Of a stretch of DNA of 64,000 nt, positions 43,742 through 59,571 are shown one piece after another (position 1 is the first letter of the stretch; each line of letters opens with the position of its first letter). Made by a program: the position numbers and the translations under genes. Below the pieces are notes generated by a model. The model was not told the origin of the DNA, did no database searches, and was given only the letters and a program-made list of their open reading frames with translations. Source of the stretch: the human T2T-CHM13v2.0 reference genome, Homo sapiens; NCBI RefSeq assembly GCF_009914755.1, contig NC_060941.1; one strand, 5' to 3'.

Positions 43742-46700
43742 GTAAGTTTGCGTTTTGCTTTGTGACTGTTACTCCCACTTCGCTTCTCGCCAGAACGTCT
43801 CTTAACATTTAGGAAAATGCGTTTCGCCCGTCCGCGTGCAAGCTTGCCATCACTTGGGGTTGTGCCTGTGATCTTTATTTAAACTCCACCAGCCTTTGTC
43901 TCGACCCGGCAGCCCCGGCGACGCTCTCCCGCGGTCTTTTCTCCTGGGGTCCCTTGGCCGCTGGCTCCTGTGCTCACTGCCCTGGACTTAGTTCAAGTAT
44001 CACCTCTCTCAAGAAGCCTTGCTGTGTTAACCGCAGCCCTCATGGGCACCCACGACACCTGCATTTTCTCAGCCCGTGGGCAGTCGGCTTCCCCTGCTCT
44101 GATGCCCCTTACAACTTGCCCAGTGGAAAGCACCACAGCTGGAGCAGGAGGGAGGCTGTCACGCTGAAGTTTGTTCTGGAGAGAGTGACCAGGATAGGAG
44201 GGCCATTTAAGGAGAGACTGAAAGAAACGAAACCCGTGGGAGGATGTAATAGCTTTCTTCAGTTGTCCCACAGGACGAACTCGAGGGGGGCAGACAGCAT
44301 AGCGGATTTTACTGTGTTAGAAGGAAGCATCTTTCTAGAAACTATAAAATAGCAGTTAAGAGCTCAGGTTCTGAGGTTAGGGGGTTCTGGATTTTTACCC
44401 GGGTCCTCACCATGGCCCTGTGCCCTTAGGTCAGTTACTTGTCCTCTAAGACCTGGTGTCCTTACTTGTAAAATGGAAATCAGAACAGTAAATGAATAAT
44501 ATTCATATAACGTCTTTCATGATGACTGAGGCATAGTAAGAATGTAGTTAAAAGTTAGGCTGTATTTCTACTTGCTACGTGGCCATTTCTAATGGCCAGA
44601 GCAGGTATAATTATCCCCACTATGTGGATGAGGAACTTGGAGGCCTGAGAAATTTTAACTAGTCATTCGACATTTTATTTATTTATTGCCCTCTCAACTG
44701 TGGGCCTGACACCAATCGACCTGCTGGCACTATAGCACAGAACAAGTCGGGAGATCACTTCAGTGATGGAGTGTCCTTTCTGCTGAGGGACTCAGAAAAT
44801 AATCAAGTAACAGTTACCGAAATAAGGGAATTTCAGATAACAATCAGTGCAGTGAAGACAATGTAATAACATAGTATGATTGACAGTCATGAGAAGCGGT
44901 AGTAAAGTAAGGACGTTTTGAAGAGGTGACATTTGAGTTTAGATCTGAACGATGATAAGGAGCTACCTACTCAATAACAATTCCAGGCCAAGCAAAGGCC
45001 CAGGGGAAGGAAAGAGATAGAATGATTGAAGAACAGAAAGAAGGCCACTGTGTTCCCAACATAGCAGAGTGGAAAGTGGTAGGAAATGGGGTCAGAACAG
45101 GTAACAAAGGCCTGGTAATACCAGCCTTTTAAGCCATGTCCAAGGGTTTGGATTTTATTCTAAAAGTAATAGGAAGCTATTGGAATGTTTGACACATACA
45201 AGTGATGTGATCTGACTCACATTTTTGAAAAGATATTGATTACTTTGTGGAGAATGGATTAAAGGTAGGGGGAGGAATGGAAGTAGAACAATTAGGAAGC
45301 AATTGCAGTAGTCCACATGAGTGATGATGGTCACCTTGAGTGAGTAATTGATTAACTTGTGGTCACAGGGCCAGAAAATTGCAGAACCAATAAAATATAA
45401 ATACCTTCTGACTTCTTTCTATACTCTGGCATACTGTCTCAAAAATTTCAGGTCTCCATGATTCTACAAATTTATTCATATTGTGTGATGACAGTGTTTG
45501 AAAATCTTTTTCATCTGCATGCACCTTGGTTCTTGTACCAGATTCTCAGCTCTTCTAGGATGAGATTTCTCAAAGTTTAATTTTCTTACAGCATAGACTG
45601 AAATCCTTGATACCAACAGTACATTTCCACTCACCATTCTGTTTCTCCAGGCACCCCTTCTTTGTAGCTCCAGGTAGCAGTATAAATATATGTCAGTATA
45701 CAGTCTTTGTCTTGGACTCCAGTATTTCATTTTTTGTATAATAATTGCAAAATGAAACTCTTATGTACAGTGATATTGATAGCAATGAAGTGGTGTTGGT
45801 CTTTGTAGCTTTCTACTTTAATAAAAGAAAATATGCATTGTATCTGATCTTAGTATGATAATGTGAAATGACAGTTCATGTTTATGAAATACTTCTGAAT
45901 GACAACTAAAATATTTTGGTTTTTTACTTATATTTTGAATGAAATGTGTAGAACATAATTTAGTTCAATGTCCAATTAACAAACATATTAAACAATTTAA
46001 AATATTTCTGCAACATAATAGTACTCAAATTTCTTGTATACCCTTCACCAAGATTAGAGAATGATAAAGATTCTTCAGTCTTTATCTGCATACTTACTTG
46101 TTTATTTCCTATTACAAGAACACTTTCTCCTTCCAAACCACAGAGCAGGCATCAAAATCAGTAAGTTAATATTTATCCAGTATTACCATATGTAGTCAGC
46201 TTGGACTACCAATAGCAAAATACCACAGACTGGTTGCTTAAACAACAGAAATACTTGTTTCTCAAAGTGCTGAAGGCTGGAAAGTCAAAGATCAATGTAT
46301 CAACTGATTCACTTCCTGGTGAGGGGTCTCCCTGGCTTGTGACATCTACCATCTTGCTGTGGCCTTACATAGATTGGAGTAAATGAGCTCTTATGTCTCT
46401 TATAAGGACACCAATCCCATGAGATCAGGTTCCCACCCTTATGACCTCATTCAACCATAATTACTTCCTAATCCAAATACAGCTACATTGAGGGGTTAGG
46501 GCTTCAACATATGGATTTTGGGGGATATATATTAAATTCTTTACATCATGTTATTCATGGACTCTACATAAATTACCCCATTTGTCCCAATCATTTCCAT
46601 TTTAGATCTAGGATTTAATCCAGGATTACTCGTTGATTTTAGTTGTCATGCCTCTTCAGTCTTCTTCAATCTGGAATAGTTGCCAGTCTTTTCTTGTCTT

Positions 46701-49483
46701 TTTCTTTCCTTTTTTATTTTTATTTTTATTTTTATTTTTGAGAGACAAGATCTTGCTGGGTTGCTCAGGCTGGTTTCAAACTCCTGGCCTTAGGTGGTCT
46801 TGGTCTCCCATAGTGCTGGGATTACAGGCATGAGCCACCGCACCCAGCCTTATCTTTCATGACTTTGACATTTTTGAGGAATACAGGCTGGTTACGTGAT
46901 TAAATGTGCCTCAATATAGGTCTGTCTGATGTTTCCTCATGTTTGTGACCCCTTGACAGGAATATCTTAGAGGAGATGCTGTGCTTCAATCAGTGAGTCC
47001 TCTTAGGCATCACATGATCTCAATTTATTCCGTGGTTTCATGATGTTAACTTCTGTTTCTTTAAGATTGGGTCTGCCAGGTTTCTCTGTTACAAGGTGAA
47101 TTAGCAAATATGTCACATTCATAAATTAATAGGCAATGTGTGTTTTGTGGGGAGAATCTTTGTGTTTTGTAGGGAGAAGCTTTGAGACTGTAAATATTCT
47201 GTTTCTCATCATATTTTCTCCTGCCAGATTTCTCCATTGATGCTTCTTGTTTGAATCTGTTATCACTGTGATGGATGCCAAATGACAATTTTCTAATGTT
47301 ATCAGTCCTTCTAGATTTATTAGTTGGCATTTTACTGTAAGGTAGGGTTTTCCTTGCTATACCATATATTTCTTGTTTATTCGTTTACATCAATATAGAC
47401 TCATGACTTCAAATTTTAATCAATTTATTACTATTATTTTTTAATTCTGATTTCAAATTTTCTTAGACTTAGCCAATAGAAGCCCCTTTATGACATGTTT
47501 CCATCATTCTTTCATCACTTCCTTATTTTCTGGCACTACAATGTGCCATGCTTATCTTGTATTTTCCTGACCTGCCTTGGAATCAGCCTTCTCTGCCACG
47601 AATTTTGGTTTCTTTAGTGGAAAGTGGCATTTAGAAAAAACTCTGAGCGCTAGAAGTGTTCATTACTAGCCTCTCTCAGCAGAGACCCTAGAAAATTTTT
47701 GTGTATAAACAAGTGTGCATATGTGTGTTCAACAGCAGGAAATCTGGCTACCTTTATCTTCAGTGTATGTACTTACTTGCTCAATTCCCCCCATATGTAA
47801 GCAAATTACTGTGGCTGAAAGCTTGGCCCTAGAAAAGTGAATTCATCTCTGCCTGGTATGTCAGCCCAAAGCTGAGTATTAAATATGCTGCCCACTGGAC
47901 ACCATCCAAACACTCAGCAAGACAAAAGTGACGAGGAAGAAAGAAAGAGAAAAGTGTATTTAGGAAGTTCAGCTCCAGACATTTTAGAAAGGGTAGGAGG
48001 AAGGAGGAAAGGCCAGTTAGGAAGTTTGGTTCTAGACACATAGGCCCTTTCACCTACCCTTTTCCCAAGCTCAGCGCATGGATAGGGGAAGCAGGCTTAG
48101 AATGATGAGTTAACTTGTCCAAGCCTAATCGGTTGGGTAGTGGCAGAGCTGGAGTTTAAGCCTGGATTTTTTCTGACTCCTTACAACTTGCTATTTTTAC
48201 TGCGTCTTGTAGAAAGCAGCTTTGCAACGGATGACAACAAAACAACAACAAAAACACTGAAGCCTTTCTTTTCTATATTAGGAAATATTTCTTTACTTTT
48301 GTCTCAGGTAAAAATCATCATTAACGTGGTTAGATGCCTATTTGTAAGATGGCATATTTGAAGTTATTTCTAAGCTAGAACAAACAGCTTAGACAGAGTT
48401 GAGCATAGTAGGATTGGGGTCAGAGACCGAGGTTATAACCTGGATACAAGGAGTTCTTATGATGATGAAAGGTCTGTCAATATGCATAGATACAATAACA
48501 ATACAACATTGGGAGATGCTGAAATGAATATTTTTTTCTCTAAAGCTTTAAATGAATGCATAAGCCTGGGCTGCAATTTTTGTGAGTCTGAGTGTGCTTG
48601 TAATAATACATAAATTGTTACGATAACTAATGCCAAATAATGGATTATACCATGAATGGAATGAGAGCTCCTCAGGGCAGGGCTAATCCAACCCTGTTTT
48701 GTAGGTAGAGGTGTTAATTACACATTTTAAATATCAAGAGCTGGACTGACATTTCAGATTTGACACCTTTAATTTGCAACATTATTCTTCAGCAATAAAC
48801 GTTAAACCTTGTAAACTCTTTCTGGTTAGCTATAATCATGTCCAATTTTATATATTAGGTAAAGTAAGTTATATAAGTTATTTTTCATATAAGCCATTTT
48901 GATATTCACATAATGTTTTCTTATCTGATTATTGATTTTTAGGCTTTCTATGGATTATAAAGATGTATTATTTTAAATTTTGGTATTTTTAATCCATAAC
49001 ATAAGTTAAGGAAATTGGGACTTCAGTCTTAATATGGTGGTCGTCACTGAACTGTATTTTCTAGTGGTTTTCCTGATAAAGCTCCTGAATCCATTTAACG
49101 ATGTGAAATACCTAACAATAATTCTGACAATACTCACAACTGTTTATTTGGTAGCTATTTTTATCACAATACTTGTATCTAAAAGAATAAGAATAATGTA
49201 TTTGAATAAATAGTAAGTACAAATATATGGTGTTTGCTTAAGAAAAGGCAGGGTAATCATTGTTTTCCAATTAGTGCACAATAATGCCCTGAAGTCGTCT
49301 CAGTCAGTTTTGATACCCTAGTTTCTTATTTTCTGGCAGTGGCCTCTGTGCCATCTTTTTGAGGAACTACTCCGTTTAAAAGCTCTTGATTAAGTTTATA
49401 TGATTGACAGATAATGTGAAAGGAAAACAGAAATCATTTATCAATAGAAGGCATTTATTAATTCAAGTAATGTTTATCAAGAT

Positions 49484-50312
<829 letters not shown>

Positions 50313-51241
50313 GTCAAGATGTAAATAGATATAAATATAGATAGAGATGCAGATACAGATATAGGCACAATATTATATCTCAAATGCACTGACAGACAGT
50401 CTCACATGATTCAGGCCAAAGCACAGTCTAATTACGTGATTTAATTATGTGATTAAAGGCAAAGGCAGAAAACTAGGGAAAGTACAAAAGTGGAGAGCCT
50501 TTAGAGCCTTTACTTTTAACCTTTAGAAGGTTAAAGGTAAGAGATAAAGGGAAAGGCAAATTCAGGTCTCCTGAGAATAGTCAGGTTAAGTGAAATATGA
50601 TCAAAACTCCAAACTTGCTACCATAGCCCATAAGACCCTAGGAAATCCAGACCCTGCCTACTTCTCTAACCTTATCTCCTACCACTCTCTCCCTGTTCAC
50701 CACACTCCAGTTGCACTTCTTTCTTTTCTTTAAACACCTCAAGTTTGTTTTACTGCCCTCAGACCTTTTCTCTGCCTGGAATGCTTTGTCCCTCAGCTTT
50801 TTTCACAGATGACTTATTATTTGGATCTTAGCTGGGACACCCTCCCCAGTCTAAATTAGCCCTTCTCTCCTTAGTCACATTTGCTATCACCTTTCAATAT
50901 CTGAAATCTAGTTCATTTAATTGTATCTTTTTTTTATTGTTTTTCTCCCACCACTAGAATGTAAATACCAAAAGAGCAATGATCTTGACTTGTTCACCAT
51001 AATATCACATGCCCTTAGTGTTGTACCTGCACATAATTGTACTGAGTTAAAAATTTGGTGGATGAATGCATGAATGAAAGCAAACAGAAGGCAGTCCGGT
51101 AGCCTAAGGAAACTTCTGAGAGCAGTGAGCTGTTGTGCTGATGAAGACTCCTTTCAAGAAGACTAAGACTTTCTTTGAAGTAGTTTTCTGATGTTTCCCA
51201 CTGAGTTGGGCTGTGTGTTACAGGCAGATGCTTATGCATCC

Positions 51242-52076
51242 TGAAATAGGACCAATTGTCCCATAGAACTGATATTAATCATTTCTTTGAATAAGCACAG
51301 AAATTGATTCTCCCATTGTTAAAACTTGAGAAAGTTAAATTTGTCTTATCTGAGTTACTTTCTCAGGAAACCAACCATCAGGCCTCCCAGATACTATCAA
51401 GAAACTGAAACTTACCAGATCATTGCATCTGGACAATATGATACCAGACCCTTCAGCCATCATGACTGCCTTACCCAGGGGTACCCAGTCCTTAGGCTGC
51501 AGACTAGTAGCCGTCCATGGCCTGTTAGGAACCCGGCCAGACGGCAGGAGGTGAGTGGAGGGCAAGTGGGCATTACCACCTGAGCTCTACCTCCTGTCAG
51601 ATCAGTGGCAGCATTAGATTCTCCCAGGAGTGAGAACCCTATTATGAATTAGGCATATGAGTGGTCTAGGTTGCATGCTCCTTATGAGAATCTAATGCCT
51701 GATGATCTAAGGTGGAACAGTTTCATCTGGAAACCATCCCCCACACCCCCATGCGTGGAAAAATTGTCTTCCACAAAACTGGTCCCTGGTACCAAAAAGG
51801 TTGGGGACTGCTGGCCTAACCAATCACTTGCTACCTGTTGACCAACTCCTCTTCCTTACCCCTCCCTAATTCCTGTTTTCCCACACATACTTACATTTTT
51901 TCCCTGCCATATAAGCCCCTAATTTTAGCTCGTCAGGGAGAGGGATACAAATTTCCCATCTCCTTGGCTGCGGCACCCAGTTAAAGCCTTCTTCCCTGGC
52001 AATACTCCTTTCAGTGATTGGTTTTCTGTGTAGTGAGCAACAGGACCTAAACCGAACCCCTGGCATTTTGGTAACA
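51242..52076 (+). mobile_element. MER39-like LTR with a MER1B insertion (about 51476-51813)
   Basis: TG...ggtaaCA termini; MER1 ends cagggg...ggttggggactgctg with 8-bp TSD gccttacc/gcctaacc. Confidence 0.65.
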
Positions 52077-52187
52077 CCCCCAAGACAAATGAGTAGCATT
52101 TCTGAACTCGTTAGATTCTTGAAAGAAAAAAACATGCACTAGTAAACAGAATATTGCCTTTGGGTACAGAATAAAAGATAATAAAAT

Positions 52188-52515
52188 ACAGTTGGCCATC
52201 AGTATCCGCAGGTTCCACATACACAGGTTCAACCAATCACAGATTGAAAATGAACATTAGGCCTACAATGGCTGTGTCTTTACTGAACATGTACACACTT
52301 TTTCTTGTCATCATGCCCTAAATAATATAGCATAACATATTTACATTGTGTTTTGTATTATAAGTAATCTAGGGATGATTTAAAATATAGGAGAGGATAT
52401 GCATAGGTTATGTGCAAATACTACACCATTTTATATCAGGGACTTGAATATCTTCTAATTTTGGTATCTGCAGTGTCCTGGAACAAGTTCCCTGAAAATA
52501 CTGAGGGATGACTAT
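52188..52515. mobile_element. MER2 (Tigger-family) DNA transposon
   Basis: TA-flanked TIRs cagttggccatcagtatcc / atactgagggatgactata. Confidence 0.7.
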
Positions 52516-54509
52516 AACTCTTTGATCTTTTATATATTGGTTTCCTGAAACTTTCATGTCATTTAAAAATGATCAGTTAAGTTTAGCCCAGGGAAAATAG
52601 TCATTCCTGATTTTGCCAATTTTCTTAAACAACCTTAGGATTATATAAATAGCTGATGTTATCTTGAGGAATCTCTGCTGTGATAAGGTATAAAACAAGT
52701 TACCAGTTTCTAAATGCTGTCATTTTTGTGTCTCCTCAAGTATAATACATCCAACTTTATAGGAAGAAATATTTACATTTTTAATATTAGCTTTAGTGAA
52801 TAAATAAATAGTAGGCATTTCTAACTTGTCAGTCCACAGAAACCAGACAGATTATTTACTGAGCAGCCAACATCATTGTGCCCTCTTCCTCTTTTGAAAT
52901 GACCTTAATGTGAAATGTCACTACACTAGTACACTTTTCCCTCCACTCTAATCCCTCCCAAATGACCAACTGCAGCCTACCCCATCCCATTCATGGGTCA
53001 TACTGATCTTAGAGGTGGACGTATATTTTAAAAAGAAAATCGTTCCCTCAAAAAACATTGGGAGACTTGTAGTTTAATAAGCCTGCCATAAAATTTTTGA
53101 TTTGTAGAGCCAAGAAAGAACCTTTAAAGATCATTTTATGAATGATTTTGACATCGTACATATGAAGACTAGGGAGCAGAGTAAGTGGCTGCTCAAAGTC
53201 ATATGTCTAGTGGGCATCTACCCTCTGGACTGGTACTCTTCCCAATGCAATAAAAAAAACATGAAATATATGTACTATGTAATATGTACTATGAGCTTCT
53301 TTGCTATGAGTCATCTTTCTTTTTAAATTATAGCAGAAAATAAGTGTATTTATTTCTACTGCCTGTCAATTTGCTTACAAAGGAGTTGTCATAAGAAGTT
53401 ATTTAAAGGATGTAGCTGAATTTCTTTGTGAAACACCAGATCTATGTTATTTTCTCTTTTAAATTGCAACATTTGTTGATACCTTAGCAAATGAAGATGA
53501 AAGAAGAAAATAACATAAAGGGTAAAATGACATTAAAGGAGACATAATTAGAAAGAGCTGATATTTAGATGCCAAGAAGGTACACTGGAACATGGTAACT
53601 TTTTTGATATTTTTCCTTCTTTATCCAAATAATATATCAAAGTATATATCCTTGTTGTAAGCCATTCAAAAAATAAAGAATAACTTAAAGAAGGAAATAA
53701 AAATAACAGTAAATAAAAATAGTAGTTCCAAGTGTCAGTTATTGTTTACATTTTATATTTTTAATAAATGTAATTTTAAAAGATGAAATTATTCTACACA
53801 TTCTGTTTTTACCTTGCTGTTGTTTTTTACCTAGACCATTTTTGATGATTACATAGTATTGTTTTACATGATTATACTGTAAATTATTTAACCAGTTATC
53901 AATTTTTACATATTTTTGAGGTTTCTGATATTTTATAATTACTAACTATTCTGTAATGATACTTATGAACTAACAGATACTTCTGTGTGTTTGCTGAATC
54001 ACTCCTTGCCAACCACAAAGTATTAAAATGAACTGGTATCCTGCCTTTGGTAGACAAACCCTGGATTTGGATTTTCCCCCATTGCTGATATCCCATTTCC
54101 CCAGGTGCCCCTCAAAATGTTTTTGTTCTCTCACTTTTTCTAACCCTCTTTTTCTTTATTGTTCATAATTGTTTATTAAATGTGCTGAATTTTCACTTTT
54201 AAGGGATATTTTACAAACCATACCTACCTAGCATTTTTAGATACTTCTGACCCCAGCCACATCTTCCTTTTTGAACATAAAATCAAGGAGTGCCCTATGT
54301 GTCCTTATTGCTCTATCAGGAATCTGGTTACTTTATATAGTGTGTGAACCCAAGAAAGCAATTAAATCTCTCCTTTATGCCCCTGGAAAAGCTAACAGTG
54401 CTCTCTGCTAAGAAAAAGCCTCCTTTAGCCCCTTTCTTTTCTTTTATTCCCTCACTAACAATATACGCATAAGCCCTCATACTCAATATGAACTGAAATT
54501 CTCCAATCA

Positions 54510-54551
54510 GTCTACAGCCATACCACCCTGAACATGCCAGATCTTGTCTGA
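54510..54551 (+). pseudogene. 5S rRNA 5' fragment retrocopy (42 nt)
   Basis: GTCTACAGCCATACCACCCTGAACATGCCAGATCTTGTCTGA, 37/42 identical to the human 5S rRNA 5' end. Confidence 0.9.
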
Positions 54552-55280
54552 AAATCCCCATTTTATCAAGATAATTTAGTGTATCTTTAGAGACCTCTAG
54601 ATGGCCAATAGCTTCTGACAAAGCACTTTTCTTATGAGCTTTTTAACATTATTATGAAGAGACTATTTGGACTTAGTATTAAAGCAACAAATCTTGCCTT
54701 CACTGGTATCATACTGTCCTTCCCTTTCCTTCTGGTGATCATTTCACTTTAGACAAACAACTAAAAAGACATTAGAGCTCTTGACCTCACAGCTCATTAA
54801 ATACTTCAAAGTAAATATAAAAGTACTCTGGCAAGGAAGGATGGGAATTAGGCTTTTGCTTACAAAGCCTTTATAGGTCTATTCTAGATGTATTATTTTA
54901 GACTTTGCAATGACAGCTTAATAAATCATCTACTTATTTGTTTGTGACAGGTGTCTGTGTGTGTGTTGTTAAGTAAAATGCAATTGTATGTAAACCAATA
55001 TATTACAATTACATAATTTTTAACAAAAATATAACACGTATGAATTGTGCCTGGTTTTTTCTTCCACTGCTTTATTAGTAACATTTTTAAATGAAGACAT
55101 ATAATCATATAATCAAGCAGAATTTGGGGTGGGAGGGAAATTATTTTCTAGAAGATGAAACACTTAAAGCTTTCCCAAAATATTTTTTGTTATTTACAAA
55201 ATAGTGGATTTTTAAAAGGCATTAAATTAACAATAAAAAAAAATAATACCTAGGAATTAACTAAATAAGAAATGTGCAGC

Positions 55281-55714
55281 TGTTACCAGTGCAGGGTCTT
55301 GACTACAAGTCGTCCAGGTTCTTGGCAATTTGAACAAAGATTTGGACAAAATGCACAAACAAAGCAAGGAAAGAATGAAACAATGAAAGCACAGATTTAC
55401 TGAAATGAAAGTACTCTCCACAGAGTGGAAGCAGGCTGCAGCAAGTGGCTCAAGAGCGCTGGTTACAGAATATTCTGGGGTTTAAATTTCCTCTAGAGGT
55501 TTTCCATCGTTTCCTTGGTTACACCCTATGTAAATGAAGGAGTGGCCTGCAGCTAATCAGAAGTACTTTCCATTTTTCATCTGCCATGCAGTGCAAAGGG
55601 AGTAGCCTCTCATCCTTTTGTGGAGAGGTAGGGTTTTCCTTTTGATTCAGTTCTAGGAAGTCAGCACCAATCAGCCTTAGGCTCCCTGCCTCCAGACCCT
55701 ATTCTCCTGCCTCA
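55281..55714 (-). mobile_element. MER51/MER61-like ERV1 solo LTR
   Basis: Minus strand TGAGGCAGGAGAATAGGGTCTGGAGGCAGGGAGCCTAAGG...GGTAACA. Confidence 0.7.
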
Positions 55715-55753
55715 CAAGGTCACTGTGAAGGCAACTTTAAAACACAGTAGAAA

Positions 55754-55994
55754 CAGGCTTGTCCCATCTGTGGCCCATGGGCTGCATGTGGCCCAGGACA
55801 ACTTTAAATGTGTTCCAACACAATTTCGTAAACTTTCTTAAAACATGAGATTTTTTTGCGTTTTTTTTTTGTTGTTGTTGATGATTTGTTTTTAAGCTCA
55901 TTAGTCAATATTAGTGTTAGTGTATTTCATGTGTGGCCTAAGACAATTCTTCCTCCAATGTGACCTGGGGAAGCCAAAAGATTGGCCACCCCTG
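55754..55994. mobile_element. MER30 DNA transposon
   Basis: caggcttgtcc...gtggcccaggacaacttt...gggaagccaaaagattggccacccctg. Confidence 0.7.
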
Positions 55995-55999
55995 CTATA

Positions 56000-57030
56000 G
56001 AAGTTCACAAAAGAAGATTTGAACAAATAGAAAGTGATACCAAATTCCTGGATAGGAAGACTCAAAATAACATCATAGATAACAATACTTCTTCAATTAA
56101 TTTGTAAATTTAGTGTGATTCCCTTACAAATAGCATTGTTTTGTTTTTTAAACAAGATAAGAATACTTTGAATTTAATGTGTAAAAATAAACAACCAAAA
56201 ACAACCAGGGAAACTTGGTTAACAAAAGAACAAATGAGAGATGATCGGCCTTACTAGATATGATAGTGCCTCTGTAATTAAAATAGAATGGCATTGGTGT
56301 ACGAATAAACAACCTAACCAAAGGGCCAGAATAAAAATTACAGAAGTAGACCCAAACACTTAAGAGATTTTGTATATGATGAAAGTTGTATCTCAAAATG
56401 GTGGGGAAAAGATTTAATAAATGTAGTTGAGACAATGGGGTGGTCTTCTTGGGAAAAATATGAGTTGGATCTGTGCTTTATATTATGATGGATTCCAAAT
56501 GGATCAAATATTTAAAAATGAAACCATAAGAGTACTGGAAGAAAATATGAGAGAATTCTTTATAACTTTGGAGTGGGCAAGGAGTTTCTAATTTGACCTA
56601 AAACCTGGAAATCATAAAAGATTCATAAGTTAGCCACAAACTTTTGCGTAACAAAAAGCCCATAACCCAGAAGAAAAGGGGGGAAAATATATTTGCAATT
56701 CTTAATGCTGATAGAGAGATAATTTCTGTAATATTTAAGAACTCCTAGAAACTGAACAGAGAAAGACCTAACGATAAATAGAAGAATTGGCAAAAGATGT
56801 AAAAAAAACACAGTTCACATAAAAGAAGATACTGAATGGTTCTTAAAGCATAAAAAAACTCTTCTGCCTCACTCCAACTACCTTGAGATACCATTTTCAT
56901 CAATAAAACTGGCAAAAATCCAAACGTTATTTAGTATACCATAGTGGAGAAAATTTAGAGTAACAGGCACTATAGTTGGTGAGATAGTAAATTAGTACAA
57001 CCCTGACTGAGGGACATTTGGCAATTTGTA
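56000..57030 (+). mobile_element. Old L1M ORF2 / 3' fragment
   Basis: A-rich; ggataggaagactcaa, aattccaaatggatc-like and gagataccatttt L1 motifs. Confidence 0.65.
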
Positions 57031-57517
57031 TCAATTTCATTATGGCATTTTTGTAATTTCATTAAATTAATATTTACTATAATTTCTGGCAGAAGATATT
57101 TTTATCCCTTTTATTTTCTCTATTTTTTGTCCAGTGAAAAGAACTGGTTTTATTGAATACCATGTCTGAGAATATAAATTACTAAGTCTTACTCAAACAC
57201 CATATGCGTTATGGACAGATTTTTTTAATCTGATGAGATTTCTAATTACATGGGATGAAGATTGTTTTAATGAGATCATAAGTAAACAGACTTATCAAAG
57301 AAAAGCTCTAATTTAAGTTTTCTGGAATAGATTCATCTTTAACAACAAGATTTTTTTTCTCCAATGTTCCACTTTCTCTGTTTTTGCTGACCTGTTTGCC
57401 TCTTATGATTCACCAAACTAGAATAACAATATATTTGTCTTCAATGTTCATATTTTTAGTAAAAGAACAGAATGTTTTCCTTCTGTGTTATTTATTAATT
57501 ATGGGAACTTGAGGGTG

Positions 57518-57520
<3 letters not shown>

Positions 57521-57550
<30 letters not shown>
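57521..57550. repeat. (TG)15 microsatellite
   Basis: Direct read. Confidence 0.95.
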
Positions 57551-57552
<2 letters not shown>

Positions 57553-59154
57553 TGTGGTGAGTATGTGTATGTAACATTACTGGAATCCCTGTTGGCTGAG
57601 GGCCTTGCAAGTTTGTATAAAGAGAGAGTAGGAAGCAGGCAAAGGAGAGGGAAAGGACAGGCATTTTATGATATTTAAGGACATGACAATGAATACCACT
57701 GTTGGGATGGATAAGATTAAACCCACTTCTGTTTAATCAATAGTGTCATCTTTATATAAAAGAGATAACACATTACCACTCCTTACTCTCTCATTCCACT
57801 TTTTTGGTGAATCAAACTTTTTACCTGAATTAATTTTCCAGCATACTGTAGTAGAAACAAACAGCTTGGGTTTGGAGCAAGAAAGAGCAGGGTTCAAACT
57901 CTACTTTACAACTAGCCTGTGACAATGGACAAGCCACATACTTTCTGTATGACTTATTTTTCTTTTGTATAAAATTGGGTTAATAATACCTCCCTTGTGG
58001 GGCTCCTGTGGGAAGAAAATCCTGTAACATGGTGCCTGGCTGTATTCGTGTTTAATGATGACTTAGATCCCAGGTTACGCAGCCTTTCTCCATACTCCCT
58101 GTGTATACTGCTGTCAGAGCACTTCACCCCTCCTGATCTCATCTCATCTTTGGCACTTAGGACACTGCCAGCATGTTAAGTGAATGGAATAAACACCTAA
58201 ATTTTATTTTAAACCTTAAAATAGAAATGTTTTAAAATGTCTTGTTAAGTATATTATATGGAATCTATTGTAGAGTAGCATTTATACATCATTAGGCTTG
58301 AATATGTTCCCAGGGGACCTGGGGACCTGTGTCCAGTTAGAACAACTCACCAAAGATGAGGATCTTACTCACTTTGGTACCAGTAGAAAGACTGCTCAGT
58401 TTTTCACATCTGCTTTTGAGCAAGGTGTTACTATTCTTACCTTACTTAATAGGAGGAGATGCTAAGAGGTTAGGCAATTTTTCTAATGCCATATTACTAG
58501 CCCATGGCAGTATTGCCATTTGAACTCTGCATTTCTTTTCTTTTCTTTTTTTTTTACTTATGTCTAGTACATTTTCCACAATATTAAATAAATACATTTG
58601 GAATACATAGTGTGTGAAACATAGTGCCAATTAATGGTAGTTGCTATTATTGTTATTATTTGAGAATGACCTCTCTTGAGGTTTGAGAATCTGCTCCATG
58701 CGTGTATCATTAAAGCAGTCTATAATGAACTTATGCAAACTTAGTTTTAGAATTGAACTCTCTTCCATGACTATATCAGTCTTGTGGACAGCTGCAGTGG
58801 CTCTTGACTCTGAGAGACTACTAGTCAAAGCCCAAGGATTTTAAGCTCCTCCCTCAGGTGGCCCTTCTTTTCCTCATGGGTACTGAATAACTTTCTTACT
58901 TCATGGTCATTGGACTTTTGCTACTGACATTGTGGCTTGGTGGCTTCATTTTTCTGGCTGCTGTTGATCTGCATGCTTCCACTGTTCCTGTTGCTTGCTA
59001 CTACAGAGGGCGTGAAAGTCGAAATGTGTTTTTACCACCCAGACCAGTGAATACATTGCTATGTTAGGGTCTCAAAAGTAGTTGGCTCTGTGTTTGGGGC
59101 CCATTCAGTTAATTTACGGAAGAATCTATGATTTCTTCTGCATACAGTGGTTGA

Positions 59155-59571
<417 letters not shown>

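Larger units (their letters stand above)
43100..44300. promoter_or_regulatory. CpG island and bidirectional promoter of COX11 (-) and STXBP4 (+)
   Basis: Abrupt GC and CpG enrichment; COX11 ATG (43572) and STXBP4 first donor (43742) are 170 bp apart, head-to-head. Confidence 0.92.
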
